A stretch of 64,000 nt of DNA. Origin: Candidatus Omnitrophota bacterium. GTDB lineage: Bacteria > Omnitrophota > Omnitrophia > Omnitrophales > Aquincolibacteriaceae. A program made the position numbers and the translations under genes. The notes beneath the pieces are model-generated. The model searched no databases and was not told where the DNA came from. It saw nothing but the letters and a program-made list of their open reading frames with translations. Where the stretch lies: positions 56,348 through 120,347 of the forward strand of contig JAUYMS010000046.1 in assembly GCA_030698625.1 (NCBI GenBank), read 5' to 3'. Positions 1 through 9,180 of the stretch are shown here, in pieces. Within the stretch, counting starts at the first letter, position 1, and each line of letters opens with the position of its first letter.

Positions 1-1284
1 CATTTCGCGCGAAAGCTCAATGGTGTCGCGTAATTGGCCGAGGGTTTCTTTGGGGAAGCCGATGATGAGAAAGCCCCGCGTAAAGATCTGAGGGTACTTA
101 TTCATCATGATGCCGAGTTGTTTGAAGTGTTTAACGCCCGAGGGCTTCTTGATGCGCCGCAATATTTCATCATTGCCGGACTCGATCCCGAAGTACATCC
201 CGATACAGCCGGATTCAGCGGCAGCGGGAACCAATTCGTTATGAACCACGGCGGCCGAGCCGATAACACCGTTGGAAGCATCCCAGGTTATTCCGAGTTT
301 TCTCTTAGCAATTTCCTTAAAGAGCAGGAGCGTGCGATCGACATTGTAAAAAAGGTCGTCGTCCAGCCATGTGATGTGCGTGATGTTATATCGTGTTTTG
401 AGGTCTTCGATCTCGTCAACAACAGAGCGTACGTCGCGGGCGCGAACCCCCGGGCCGTTGAAATTGGCCACGCTGCAAAAAGTGCATTTCGCCCGGCAGC
501 CGCGATTCGAAAGGACCGAACCGCCCAAGGCCTCTGCCGGTCTCCAGTAGCGGAACGTTCCGATTTCGCCCAAGCGGTTGTACTTGCCGACGGGAAGCTT
601 CCCGTAATCGGGAATGACGTTTAGATCGTTTGGAGCGGGGGCTCTGCGGTCTCCTATGGATTTGTACTCACCGTGAACGAGAGTTCCGATTTGGGTTAGT
701 TGATCTTCCGTAGTCTTGCCGTTGACGAAATCCAGCATGTCGCAGAAGCTGAGATCACTCTCGTAGAGAGATGCGAGATCGATATTTTCTCCGTGTGTCA
801 GCACATTTTTAGGGGCATTGGTTACATGTACGCCGCCGGCAACCACCGGGAGGTCTTTGTGATGCTCTTTGATGAAGTCCGCGCTTCGGGCAAGCAGTTC
901 ATGGCCCATGGTGAAGGTGCAGGATAGCCCGACGACATCGGGATCGAAGGCTTTGATGGTGCTTTCCAGCTTTTCCTGCCAGATAGCGGTAATCTCTTCC
1001 TGCGTAATCTTGCCGTCTTTTTTTCCGAAAATAAATTCGAAGACCTCGTAATTCAGATCCAAGAGATAGGGCTCGTAACCCCGTTTCTTCAGATTGGCTG
1101 AAAGCACGCCGAGAGAATAGGGTGGATACATGTAGTAACGCTTGTTTCTGGCGATAGGGATATCGATTTTATTTTCGCTCAGCTGAACGGGTTGCACGAG
1201 GAGCACCCGCCGGCAATTCCCTGAAAATAGCCCGCGAATTTTTTCGGCGATAATCTGTCTTTCAGTCGAATGTGTTTTCGGCAT
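1..1284 (-). CDS. B12-binding radical SAM protein (class B rSAM), C-terminus cut by window edge
   Basis: Minus-strand ORF absent from the track because its stop lies before position 1. ATG at 1282-1284 is preceded by AAGGAG. Translation MPKTHSTERQIIAEKIRGLFSG... has a cobalamin-binding-like N-terminal domain followed by CRAKCTFC (CxxxCxxC). Confidence 0.6.
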   Translation of the reverse strand, partial: MPKTHSTERQIIAEKIRGLFSGNCRRVLLVQPVQLSENKIDIPIARNKRYYMYPPYSLGVLSANLKKRGYEPYLLDLNYEVFEFIFGKKDGKITQEEITAIWQEKLESTIKAFDPDVVGLSCTFTMGHELLARSADFIKEHHKDLPVVAGGVHVTNAPKNVLTHGENIDLASLYESDLSFCDMLDFVNGKTTEDQLTQIGTLVHGEYKSIGDRRAPAPNDLNVIPDYGKLPVGKYNRLGEIGTFRYWRPAEALGGSVLSNRGCRAKCTFCSVANFNGPGVRARDVRSVVDEIEDLKTRYNITHITWLDDDLFYNVDRTLLLFKEIAKRKLGITWDASNGVIGSAAVVHNELVPAAAESGCIGMYFGIESGNDEILRRIKKPSGVKHFKQLGIMMNKYPQIFTRGFLIIGFPKETLGQLRDTIELSREM

Positions 1285-1299
1285 AAACTTATAGGCTCC

Positions 1300-2073
1300 T
1301 TAGTGAAGAGGGATGACCCTCCTGCGGGCCGATTCTCCCGGAATAAAGTCTTCCCCCTTGCTGATATACGAACATGAGAATAAGGGGCGGGATCTGGTTT
1401 TGGATAGGTTAGGATATGAACCGTGAATCGTGTTACCGTTCAATACGACGAGATCGCCCTTCTTGAAGGAAAGGTCGACGCGGCTGTATGTATTCGGAAC
1501 ATCAACAGTATTCCCGGGATTTGAGCCTTTTTCTTCGCGATAACTAACGGTCGGTTTTGATGGCAGCAGATCTTCGTTATGAGAGCCCGGGTAGATATAG
1601 AGGCTGCCGTTTTCCCTATCGGCATCGCCGAAGAAAAGGTTTGTTGTGATGTACTGCTTGTTGGCGTTGCGCGGGTAGGTGTTATCCTGATGGGGATTCC
1701 AGGCCTGAAGCGCGTATGGAGTCCCCACCCATTTGAAAAGCATTTGGCTCATGAGTCCCACGACCTCGCGTCCCTGGAGGGCTTCGAGAACGGAAACCAA
1801 TCTCGAATCCTTCAGGTAATTGCGAAAGAGTTTTGAAGTTGCCGTGACGCTTTCCGGCGAACTGTGAGGGGCCTGCCGCGCTAATTCTTCTTCTCGGTCC
1901 GCGTTCATAATCGCTGCAAAATCTTTGTCCGCATGCGGTGCGATGCTCTCAAGCAGTCTGTCCGCTTCCTCTCCCGATATCAGGTTTTGGACGACGAGGT
2001 AGCCGTTCTCATGATAAAAATCGTGCTGCTCCTTGCTAAGTTCGTATGTTTTTCGATCGGCTTCCATTGTCAT
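1300..2073 (-). CDS. Phytanoyl-CoA dioxygenase (PhyH) family Fe(II)/2-oxoglutarate oxygenase
   Basis: 257 aa; H-x-D ...H pattern (NPHQDNTY ... TIHGSYPN) and overall PhyH-like sequence. Confidence 0.55.
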   Translation of the reverse strand: MTMEADRKTYELSKEQHDFYHENGYLVVQNLISGEEADRLLESIAPHADKDFAAIMNADREEELARQAPHSSPESVTATSKLFRNYLKDSRLVSVLEALQGREVVGLMSQMLFKWVGTPYALQAWNPHQDNTYPRNANKQYITTNLFFGDADRENGSLYIYPGSHNEDLLPSKPTVSYREEKGSNPGNTVDVPNTYSRVDLSFKKGDLVVLNGNTIHGSYPNLSKTRSRPLFSCSYISKGEDFIPGESARRRVIPLH

Positions 2074-3485
2074 AGTGCCACCGTCGGGGCATCAAAGAAA
2101 TCATCCGGAAATTGGTCGGTCCTGCAATACCTGTCAAAGATGCGGCAGACCAGGTTCGAAAAGTTCTTCCCGAGCTCGGTAATGATAAGGACGCCATCGG
2201 TTATTTCGATCATGCCATCTCTGAGAAACTCATCCAAAATGGGTTCCTCGTCTTTAAAGTAATCATTAAACACGATTCTGTATCTGGCCTCGATATCGCG
2301 GCAATTGAGAGTGAAGATGCTCCGCAGTGTGTGGATGACGTCGCGGCGAATCACGTCATCCTGGGTCAATTTGTGACCGCGATAAATAGGGAATTCGCCC
2401 TTAGAGACCCTTTCTTTGTAAGCACCTTCTTCATAGAGGTGCTGCGAATAATGTCTTTCTCCGATGCGGCCGTAACTGGATTCGCCGAGGCCTATGAGGT
2501 AGCTGCATCTTCCGGACGTGGCGCCTAAGGAGTTATACTGAACCGTCTTGGTTTTGACTGCCTTGGCGACGTCGTCGGTGGGTTTGGCGAAATGTTCAAA
2601 GCCCGTGCGCACGTAATCGCTCCGGACCAAGGCCTGAACCGCCTCCTCGTGGAGGACCTTGCGTTCGCGGAAATCGGGCAGTTTGTCGTTCTTCTTCATC
2701 ATTTTTTGATGCGGCGCATATTTAGGCGAATAGTGCATAAAACTGAGTGCGATCCTGTCCGGTCCGATGTCAATGACCTGATCTATGGTTCTCCTGACGG
2801 ACTCTCTGGTTTGTTTCGGGAGACCGACCAAAAGATCGAAGTTCACACTTTTGAAGTGTTTGCGGATGTCGGGCGTCAGAAGATTTTTGATGAGGTGAGG
2901 CGGTTGGATGCGATTAATGGACTTTTGCACTTCAAGATCAAAATCCTGGACGCCGAAGGATATCCGGTCGATGCCCTGTTCATGGTAGAAATGCATCCGC
3001 CTTTGATCCACTCGGCGCGGATCAATCTCGATCGTAAATTCATCCAAGTTATCGAAGCTGCAGATGGTCTGAAGCTTTGCCTTCAATTCTAGAAATTCCT
3101 TCTCCTCGAGGTAAGTAGGCGAACCGCCGCCGAGATGGCACTCCTTAAAATTCGGAGTAATGTCGTGCTCGTTCAGGAAGGTCCGGATCATATCAATTTC
3201 GCTGTGAAGGTACGTGAGATAGTCTTTGATGCGATCGTAGTTGTGCGTGATATTGAAATGACAGACACAGAACCAGCACATCTGCGGACAAAAGGGAATA
3301 TGCACATAGAGGACGACGGGCGGATTCTTCTCGGATAGAAAGAGGCTCTTAAGGCCTTCTCTGTAATCTTTGTCACCAAACTTTTCAGACCAGAAGCTCT
3401 TGTGCGGATACTCAATATAATCGAACGCATAGATGTCGTATTTGTTCAGTAAATACTGATTGGAATCTAGCAGGATGCTATTCAT
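2070..3485 (-). CDS. hemN: Oxygen-independent coproporphyrinogen III oxidase-like radical SAM (HemN family)
   Basis: 471 aa; LYVHIPFCPQMCWFCVCHFN closely matches the HemN 4-Cys motif (HIPFCxxxCxFCxC); length matches HemN. Confidence 0.7.
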   Translation of the reverse strand: MNSILLDSNQYLLNKYDIYAFDYIEYPHKSFWSEKFGDKDYREGLKSLFLSEKNPPVVLYVHIPFCPQMCWFCVCHFNITHNYDRIKDYLTYLHSEIDMIRTFLNEHDITPNFKECHLGGGSPTYLEEKEFLELKAKLQTICSFDNLDEFTIEIDPRRVDQRRMHFYHEQGIDRISFGVQDFDLEVQKSINRIQPPHLIKNLLTPDIRKHFKSVNFDLLVGLPKQTRESVRRTIDQVIDIGPDRIALSFMHYSPKYAPHQKMMKKNDKLPDFRERKVLHEEAVQALVRSDYVRTGFEHFAKPTDDVAKAVKTKTVQYNSLGATSGRCSYLIGLGESSYGRIGERHYSQHLYEEGAYKERVSKGEFPIYRGHKLTQDDVIRRDVIHTLRSIFTLNCRDIEARYRIVFNDYFKDEEPILDEFLRDGMIEITDGVLIITELGKNFSNLVCRIFDRYCRTDQFPDDFFDAPTVAL

Positions 3486-3769
3486 GGACTTTTTCCAGTT
3501 CTGGTATAGTGAAACCGCTGGCTTCCGGATACATATAATTGATCGATTATGGATGTAATCAGTATATGGTTATTATTATCGCTATATAATGGTCTAAATA
3601 GTCTATAGATATTATACCATACAACCGCCTCAAGGCAAGTCGGGCCTAGGAGCCGTATCCCTTGCAGGACAAGGGTTCTAGGTGGATTCAACGTCAAATT
3701 TCAGGGCAGACTCCACTACTAGATCTCGTCTAGGAGGGGTCTTAACTTGAGGGCCTTCTTAGAGGGGGG
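3486..3769. promoter_or_regulatory. AT-rich intergenic region, likely promoter/5' leader for the hemN-phyH-rSAM operon (minus strand)
   Basis: 284-nt AT-rich gap in a GC-rich genome, multiple TATAAT-like hexamers, GGAAAAAG RBS before hemN ATG. Confidence 0.35.
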
Positions 3770-4435
3770 TTATTTGAAGCGCTCTGAAAGGATGAGCTTG
3801 AGCGCCGCAAAGCCGTTTGCGAGAGGATTCAGCTTGCTTATGCCACCGATCCGCTTTGGCTCATCTCCCGGAATATCGGCCACTTTCCGCTTTTCCTTGG
3901 CGCACTTGATGGAGAAGTAGAGTTCGTAGCCCGCCAAGGGCGGTATGTCTTTGGTCGAAGAACGAAGCAGGTCGGTTCTCCAGGCCCGAAACATAACGAG
4001 CACGTCGGTGTAACGGCTGCCATAGAGAAGGTTGATCATGCTCGTAAACAGCCAGTTTCCAAAAGCGGTCACAATCGTGTCATCCGCGCTTTTGGCGCCT
4101 TTGGCGTAACGCGAGACGATCACCATATCGTAACCTTCTTTCATCTTTTCGACGAGCACCGGAATCAGTTCAGGGACAGAATTACCGTCGGGGCTGAAGG
4201 TAATAATAATATCATTGGTAATCTGCTCCACGGCATCCTGATAAGCGCCGGTACCGCCTTTGCGTGTTTGCTGCAATACGCGGATTCCCATTGATTCGGC
4301 AAATTCGGGGGTTCCATCGGTTGATGCACCATCGACCACAAGGATTTCATCCACCCACTCTCTTTTAATCCGCGGCAGGATTGCCTTCATGCCGTCAATT
4401 TCGTTTAATGTGGGGATGAGGAGAGTTGTTTTCAC
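3770..4435 (-). CDS. Family 2 glycosyltransferase, dolichol/polyprenyl-phosphate sugar synthase (DPM1)-like
   Basis: Track ORF 3770-4540 trimmed to GTG at 4433-4435 (VKTTLLIPTLNE..., GAGGGA RBS upstream); DxD-type GT2 N-terminal region; paralog of 16605-17276. Confidence 0.7.
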   Translation of the reverse strand: MKTTLLIPTLNEIDGMKAILPRIKREWVDEILVVDGASTDGTPEFAESMGIRVLQQTRKGGTGAYQDAVEQITNDIIITFSPDGNSVPELIPVLVEKMKEGYDMVIVSRYAKGAKSADDTIVTAFGNWLFTSMINLLYGSRYTDVLVMFRAWRTDLLRSSTKDIPPLAGYELYFSIKCAKEKRKVADIPGDEPKRIGGISKLNPLANGFAALKLILSERFK

Positions 4436-4439
4436 GAGC

Positions 4440-5432
4440 CTATTTCCCTCCCGGATCGTTGCTGAAGATGCTGTAACGCCGCGACTGATAGTCCGGGTTC
4501 TGGAGATACCATTCGACGGTTTCACGAATAGCGTTCTCAAGTGAGTACTTCGGTTCGAACCCGATTTGATCGCGAGCCTTTGTCGTATCCATCAGGCGTA
4601 TTTTATTGCCGGCAGGTTTGGACGCGTCCCACTCAAGTTTCGGAGATTGCGGCGCATACCTGCAAATAGTTTCAGCGACCTGTTTGATTGAGACTCCGAC
4701 CCCGCTGCCGAGGTTAAGCGGATCGCAAGGGGCAGCGGCCTCCATGGCCAGCATCATGCCGCGTGCGCAGTCCTTGCTATAAATGAAATCACGCACGGGC
4801 GTCCCGTCGCCCCAGACCACGAGGGGATCTTCTCCCGCACAAGCCCTGGCAATGAGCGCCGGAATAACCATAGCCGTATTAGGATTGAAGTTGTCATAAG
4901 GGCCGTAAATGTTAGCGGGGCGGACAATGACCGCTTGATAATCATATTGTTCCAGATAGGCTTCGCACTGCAATTCTCCGAAGCGCTTCGCCCAGGCCCC
5001 GTACCAGTCCGACGGGTGAGGGGGCTTGTCCCAAACCTCGCTTTCCTTAAAAATCTCCGCATCGGGGTAGACTCCGATCGTGCTCGTGAATAGGTACCGA
5101 GCCGCACCGCATTCGCGTGCGGCCTTTAACATGTGGAGGTTGATAAAGGCATTCCCTTCGAGAAAACGGGCTCCCTGGCTGCGGCCGACCCCGACCCCGC
5201 CCTTAATTCCTGCGAGATGGAAGATGAAATCGACTCCTTCGCATGCCTTCAGGCATGCTTCCCACCGAGTTAAGTCGACTTTCAAAAACTCAGCGCCTTC
5301 GGGAAGGCCGAAGGGATTATCGAGAGAGGCGATTCGCACGCGGGCTCCAGCCTCAGCAAGCATGTTGACCAGCGGGGTTCCGATCATTCCCGTGCCGCCG
5401 GTCACCAAGACCTTCTTGTTTTTGAAGTACAT
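4440..5432 (-). CDS. GDP-L-fucose synthase (Fcl)/GDP-colitose synthase (ColC)-like SDR epimerase-reductase
   Basis: VLVTGGTGMIG Rossmann motif; NIYGPYDNFNPNTAMVIPALI ... VWGDGTPVRDFIY closely parallels Fcl motifs. Confidence 0.65.
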   Translation of the reverse strand: MYFKNKKVLVTGGTGMIGTPLVNMLAEAGARVRIASLDNPFGLPEGAEFLKVDLTRWEACLKACEGVDFIFHLAGIKGGVGVGRSQGARFLEGNAFINLHMLKAARECGAARYLFTSTIGVYPDAEIFKESEVWDKPPHPSDWYGAWAKRFGELQCEAYLEQYDYQAVIVRPANIYGPYDNFNPNTAMVIPALIARACAGEDPLVVWGDGTPVRDFIYSKDCARGMMLAMEAAAPCDPLNLGSGVGVSIKQVAETICRYAPQSPKLEWDASKPAGNKIRLMDTTKARDQIGFEPKYSLENAIRETVEWYLQNPDYQSRRYSIFSNDPGGK

Positions 5433-5438
5433 AATACC

Positions 5439-6350
5439 TTAGCCGGGTTGAATTAGGTTTCTGATTTTGGCAAGGATGCGGGCGACGGTCGGCGTGCCAT
5501 TGTCGAGATGCGGGGCAAATCCCGCGGATCGATCCTCAAGTCCAAGCGTGTGAACGGGCACGGAAGTCTTCAACATCAACTCATGCGCGATTGATCGGGA
5601 AGGACCCGAGATTTCAAAATCAGAATCCAAGACAAGGCCGAGTCCTGTTTTTTTGAGCGAAGCAATCATGGTTTCCGAAATCGTGAACGGTTTTAACCAA
5701 AGGAGATGAATGAGATCGCATCGAATCCCTTCGCCATCGAGTTTCTTTATGGCCTCAAGGGCATTCAGTCTCGTCGCGCTGATCGCGATCAGCGTGATTT
5801 TCGCATCGGCTTCTATCGTGTCATTCATTTCGTAATCAATAGGAAAACTGCGGCGATGCTCGCTGATGTATAGCGGGTCATCGTGATCCATAAACGACTG
5901 CCAGGCTTCAAGCCACTCGCCGGGCGTCATGGGAGCGCAGACCGGCATGCCGGGCATGTGCATAACGAGGCCGTGGTGACTGGCGCTCGCGACAGGACCA
6001 ATGCCGCCCTCCATGGCGATGGATCGGATGAGAATGGGGCAGGGGACATTCCACATGTCCTTGGATTTTGCCGCGTAGTTAACGAGCGGCGCCGCGTTAT
6101 ACCACATGAACCCCTGGTAACGAATGACGTAAATAGGTCTGCGTCCGACGAGTGCCGCACCGACCGCAATGCCCGAACCAGAGACATCGGCCATGGAGAG
6201 CTCGACGATACCCTCTTCTTCGGTCATTTCAGGAACGGTCCCGCCAATCCACCCGACAGCTGTCACGCATTGGCCGAATAGAAGACCGTTGTTTTCCTTC
6301 AAATGTTTGCGCGTTGTCTCGCCTATTGTTTGCGCAACTGTTCTTGCCAT
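5439..6350 (-). CDS. TPP-dependent 2-oxoacid dehydrogenase E1 beta subunit-like (transketolase C-terminal type)
   Basis: 303 aa with E1-beta/transketolase pyrimidine-binding and C-terminal domains; directly follows E1-alpha gene; 28-nt overlap. Confidence 0.7.
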   Translation of the reverse strand: MARTVAQTIGETTRKHLKENNGLLFGQCVTAVGWIGGTVPEMTEEEGIVELSMADVSGSGIAVGAALVGRRPIYVIRYQGFMWYNAAPLVNYAAKSKDMWNVPCPILIRSIAMEGGIGPVASASHHGLVMHMPGMPVCAPMTPGEWLEAWQSFMDHDDPLYISEHRRSFPIDYEMNDTIEADAKITLIAISATRLNALEAIKKLDGEGIRCDLIHLLWLKPFTISETMIASLKKTGLGLVLDSDFEISGPSRSIAHELMLKTSVPVHTLGLEDRSAGFAPHLDNGTPTVARILAKIRNLIQPG

Positions 6351-7993
6351 AAGCTTTCCATGCTTTCGCGTGCCGCAGTTTCTATTTTCTTCACTTCAGT
6401 GGCCAGACCCAGTGTCTTGAGCTTCTTCTTAAAGAGTTCGAATCGGTTCCACTCCGGGGCGCCGTCGTTGCCTGTGCCCGCATGCCAGAGATGCCGGCAT
6501 GTCCTGATATTGATAAATGCGGGCAGGGTGTTGAGAAACTTTTCGACATAATGCGCAATAAGCCAGGGATCATCGGCTATATCCACGGCCTTCATGCCGA
6601 GAGACTCACAGACGTCTGCCATGCTCCAGGAACGTCTCTTCTCCACCTTAGTCAGAATCGAAAGATCGTTGTCTTCACAGATAAAGAGAACGGGAATTTT
6701 TTTTGTGGCGGCATAACCCATCGCGCCATAGACGTAATCTTCCTCGACAGAAGCGTCGCCGGTCACGGCCAGCACATTTTTACCGGAGCCCAAGGCCGCG
6801 CCAACCGCGATCGGCACCTGATCGCCCATTAACCCGCTGTGACCAAACATGCCGATTCTCGGATCGTGAATGGATGCCGATCCTCCCATGCCCCTTGCGC
6901 ATCCCGACTCACGATGCAACAACTCATCGATCAGCGCCTTAGGGTCACCGCCGAATGACAGGTAGTAGGAATGGCAACGGTGCTGTGCAAAGATCATGAA
7001 GTCGGTGGCGACCGTCGCGATGGCGGCGGGAATGTGTTCTTGGCCGACTGAAAGATAGATGGGCATCTTCATGAGTTTCTTGTCATAAGCCTTGGCCGCT
7101 TCAATTTCAAAGTATCGGTTGATGCAGGTCTGGCGAAAGATGTCCAGCGTCTTAGGAACGGAAAAACTCTTCGAGAGTCCTTTGATAAGGCCCAGTTCCG
7201 GACCGCGATCTCGGGTGGTCGAATTTCTGGTCCGTTCCGTACGTCTTTCTTGGGCGGTCTGGGCCGCTCGGTCATGTTTATCTTTCTGAATAGTCAGCAA
7301 TGTCATGCCCCGCGGGGCAGGGAAGACGGAGGCGACGCGGACCAGACTGTCGAGAGAACCGACTTCGCCCGGGCCGACCAAGACCTCACCTTTTTCGCTC
7401 GTGAGCGCTCCGCCGAGCACAGCAATGGTGTCGTCTCCCGGTCTCTTTTTTAGAAGCGAAAGGTCGGAAAGTTTTTCAATCATGATGATTCTGCCTTGAA
7501 CGTGATAGGCGTTGGGCTTTCCTTCCAGCGGCTGTTTGAAACGAATATACTCCTCTGGGATTGCTTCCATCTTGTCTTCGCCTTCATACGGCTTTCCCTG
7601 GCGCCCGTACTGATCCTGAAACCGGACGAGGTTGTCCTTGTCGCCGGCGGTCTCCACCTCCAGTAAAATGGCGCCCCCTTGCGATACGGCCTTTGTCGAA
7701 TGGAAAAGTCCTGGGCGAATAATGAGTTTGGTGACGGCCGACAGATGGGTGCTGTCCTTTAAAAATGAAATGTCGACCTCTCCTGCGAGGACAATCATTC
7801 CCGTCTTTTTGGTTGGGTGGCAGTGGAGGGAAGTCGCCGCCCCATACCGGATATGGAGATACCAGATGGCGACCTCATCGTTCTGGAAAATAAGGTACTC
7901 GTATCCCCACGGTTTGTTGACGATCACATTCTGGAAATCAACTTTATCCATAGGGCTACTCAGAACTCGAGTTAAGAAGTTGTTTGATCGCAT
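6323..7993 (-). CDS. Fusion protein: N-terminal PMI-type cupin domain + C-terminal TPP-binding E1 alpha subunit
   Basis: N-terminus KPWGYEYL...HCHP...LLEVETAGDKDNLVRFQDQYGR resembles the ManC/PMI type II C-terminal cupin; low-complexity linker; C-terminus has E1-alpha motifs (GMGGSASIHD, GDQVPIAVGAALG, TGDASVEEDYVYGAMG). Confidence 0.7.
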   Translation of the reverse strand: MRSNNFLTRVLSSPMDKVDFQNVIVNKPWGYEYLIFQNDEVAIWYLHIRYGAATSLHCHPTKKTGMIVLAGEVDISFLKDSTHLSAVTKLIIRPGLFHSTKAVSQGGAILLEVETAGDKDNLVRFQDQYGRQGKPYEGEDKMEAIPEEYIRFKQPLEGKPNAYHVQGRIIMIEKLSDLSLLKKRPGDDTIAVLGGALTSEKGEVLVGPGEVGSLDSLVRVASVFPAPRGMTLLTIQKDKHDRAAQTAQERRTERTRNSTTRDRGPELGLIKGLSKSFSVPKTLDIFRQTCINRYFEIEAAKAYDKKLMKMPIYLSVGQEHIPAAIATVATDFMIFAQHRCHSYYLSFGGDPKALIDELLHRESGCARGMGGSASIHDPRIGMFGHSGLMGDQVPIAVGAALGSGKNVLAVTGDASVEEDYVYGAMGYAATKKIPVLFICEDNDLSILTKVEKRRSWSMADVCESLGMKAVDIADDPWLIAHYVEKFLNTLPAFINIRTCRHLWHAGTGNDGAPEWNRFELFKKKLKTLGLATEVKKIETAARESMESLWQEQLRKQ

Positions 7994-8621
7994 TTGAATT
8001 TCTTAACTCGGCAAGCGACGCGAGCACTTCGTCAGCTCCGGTCAAATACTGTTCCTTCATAGTGGTACATAAGGCGATGCAGTAGGCGCCCGCCTTTTTG
8101 GCCGACTCAACGCCGAGCGGCGCATTTTCGATCACGATACAGTTTTCCGGTTTTATGCCCAATTTTTCCGCTCCGCGCAGATAAGGGTCTGCCGCAGGTT
8201 TTCCCTGTTTGGTGTCATCACCTGTGACCACGGCATTAAACTTATCGAGAAAGCCGGAGGGAACCGAACGCGCCAATCTGTCTTTGAGTGCGGCGGTAAC
8301 CACCGCGATCGGAACCTTTTTCGATATCAGCGTATCAAGCAATGCGTCAACCTCCGGATATAGGGCAAAACGATGATGTTCCAGATAATAGGCTTCTTTC
8401 TTGCGAACGACCTCGGCGGGATCAGGCGTCTTATGCGCGTGTTTCGAGAAAATCCGTTCCGGGATCTCATAAACGCGCAAACCCTCTAGGGGATAATAAT
8501 CTTCGGGCTGGATCGTTATGCCGTAATCCGACACTGCGGCTTTCCATGCCTCAAAATTATCTTCCATGGTCATCGCCAAAACCCCGTCAAAATCAAAAAG
8601 GATCGCATGAAATTTAATCAC
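7956..8621 (-). CDS. HAD-superfamily hydrolase (beta-phosphoglucomutase/phosphatase-like, subfamily IA)
   Basis: Track ORF trimmed to GTG (VIKFHAILFDFDGVLA...); DxDGV motif I, GDDTKQGKP motif. Confidence 0.6.
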   Translation of the reverse strand: MIKFHAILFDFDGVLAMTMEDNFEAWKAAVSDYGITIQPEDYYPLEGLRVYEIPERIFSKHAHKTPDPAEVVRKKEAYYLEHHRFALYPEVDALLDTLISKKVPIAVVTAALKDRLARSVPSGFLDKFNAVVTGDDTKQGKPAADPYLRGAEKLGIKPENCIVIENAPLGVESAKKAGAYCIALCTTMKEQYLTGADEVLASLAELRNSNAIKQLLNSSSE

Positions 8622-8632
8622 TTTAAACCCTG

Positions 8633-9163
8633 CTATACCTTTGCAGCTGCCCTTTTTTCGACCAATGCCAGTGCTTCCTTCATCCACGGGCCAAGGTGCT
8701 TATAGTGAGGGCATGAAACGATGTTGGCGTCTACAACAGCCGGCCCATCAACATAAGTCGCACCGGCATTGTTGATATCGTCTTTGATGCTGTAGTAACC
8801 GGAGATCTTTCGTCCCTTCACGACTTTTGCCGAGATCAAGAGCTGCGCGGCATGACAGATACTCGCGATGACTTTTCCGGTTGCATTGAAGTCTGAGATG
8901 ATCTTCAGGATTTCGGTGTCCTGGCGCATATATTCCATCGCCTTGGCGCCGCCTGGTAATATAAGAATGTCATAATCGTCGATTTTTACGTCCGGGATAT
9001 CGAGGGTCGGTACGATCTTAGAACCGATAATGCCGAGCACCAGTTCCTTTCCCCGGACCGCCACGTCCACTTCGTAACCTTCTTCCTGCACCCGGTAGTA
9101 GGGGTAGATGTACTCATGATCCTGAACAAGCTTTCCGGTAAGAATGAGTGCCCGTCTTTTCAT
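8633..9163 (-). CDS. DJ-1/PfpI family protein
   Basis: 176 aa; nucleophile elbow SICHAAQLL typical of PfpI/DJ-1. Confidence 0.65.
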   Translation of the reverse strand: MKRRALILTGKLVQDHEYIYPYYRVQEEGYEVDVAVRGKELVLGIIGSKIVPTLDIPDVKIDDYDILILPGGAKAMEYMRQDTEILKIISDFNATGKVIASICHAAQLLISAKVVKGRKISGYYSIKDDINNAGATYVDGPAVVDANIVSCPHYKHLGPWMKEALALVEKRAAAKV

Positions 9164-9180
9164 GGCTAGTGTCTCCGTTT

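Noticed and set aside
34-624. Plus-strand 196-aa ORF (and 700-927, 869-1051) at the window start
   Set aside because: Antisense to a well-supported minus-strand B12-radical SAM gene; composition typical of GC-rich shadow ORFs
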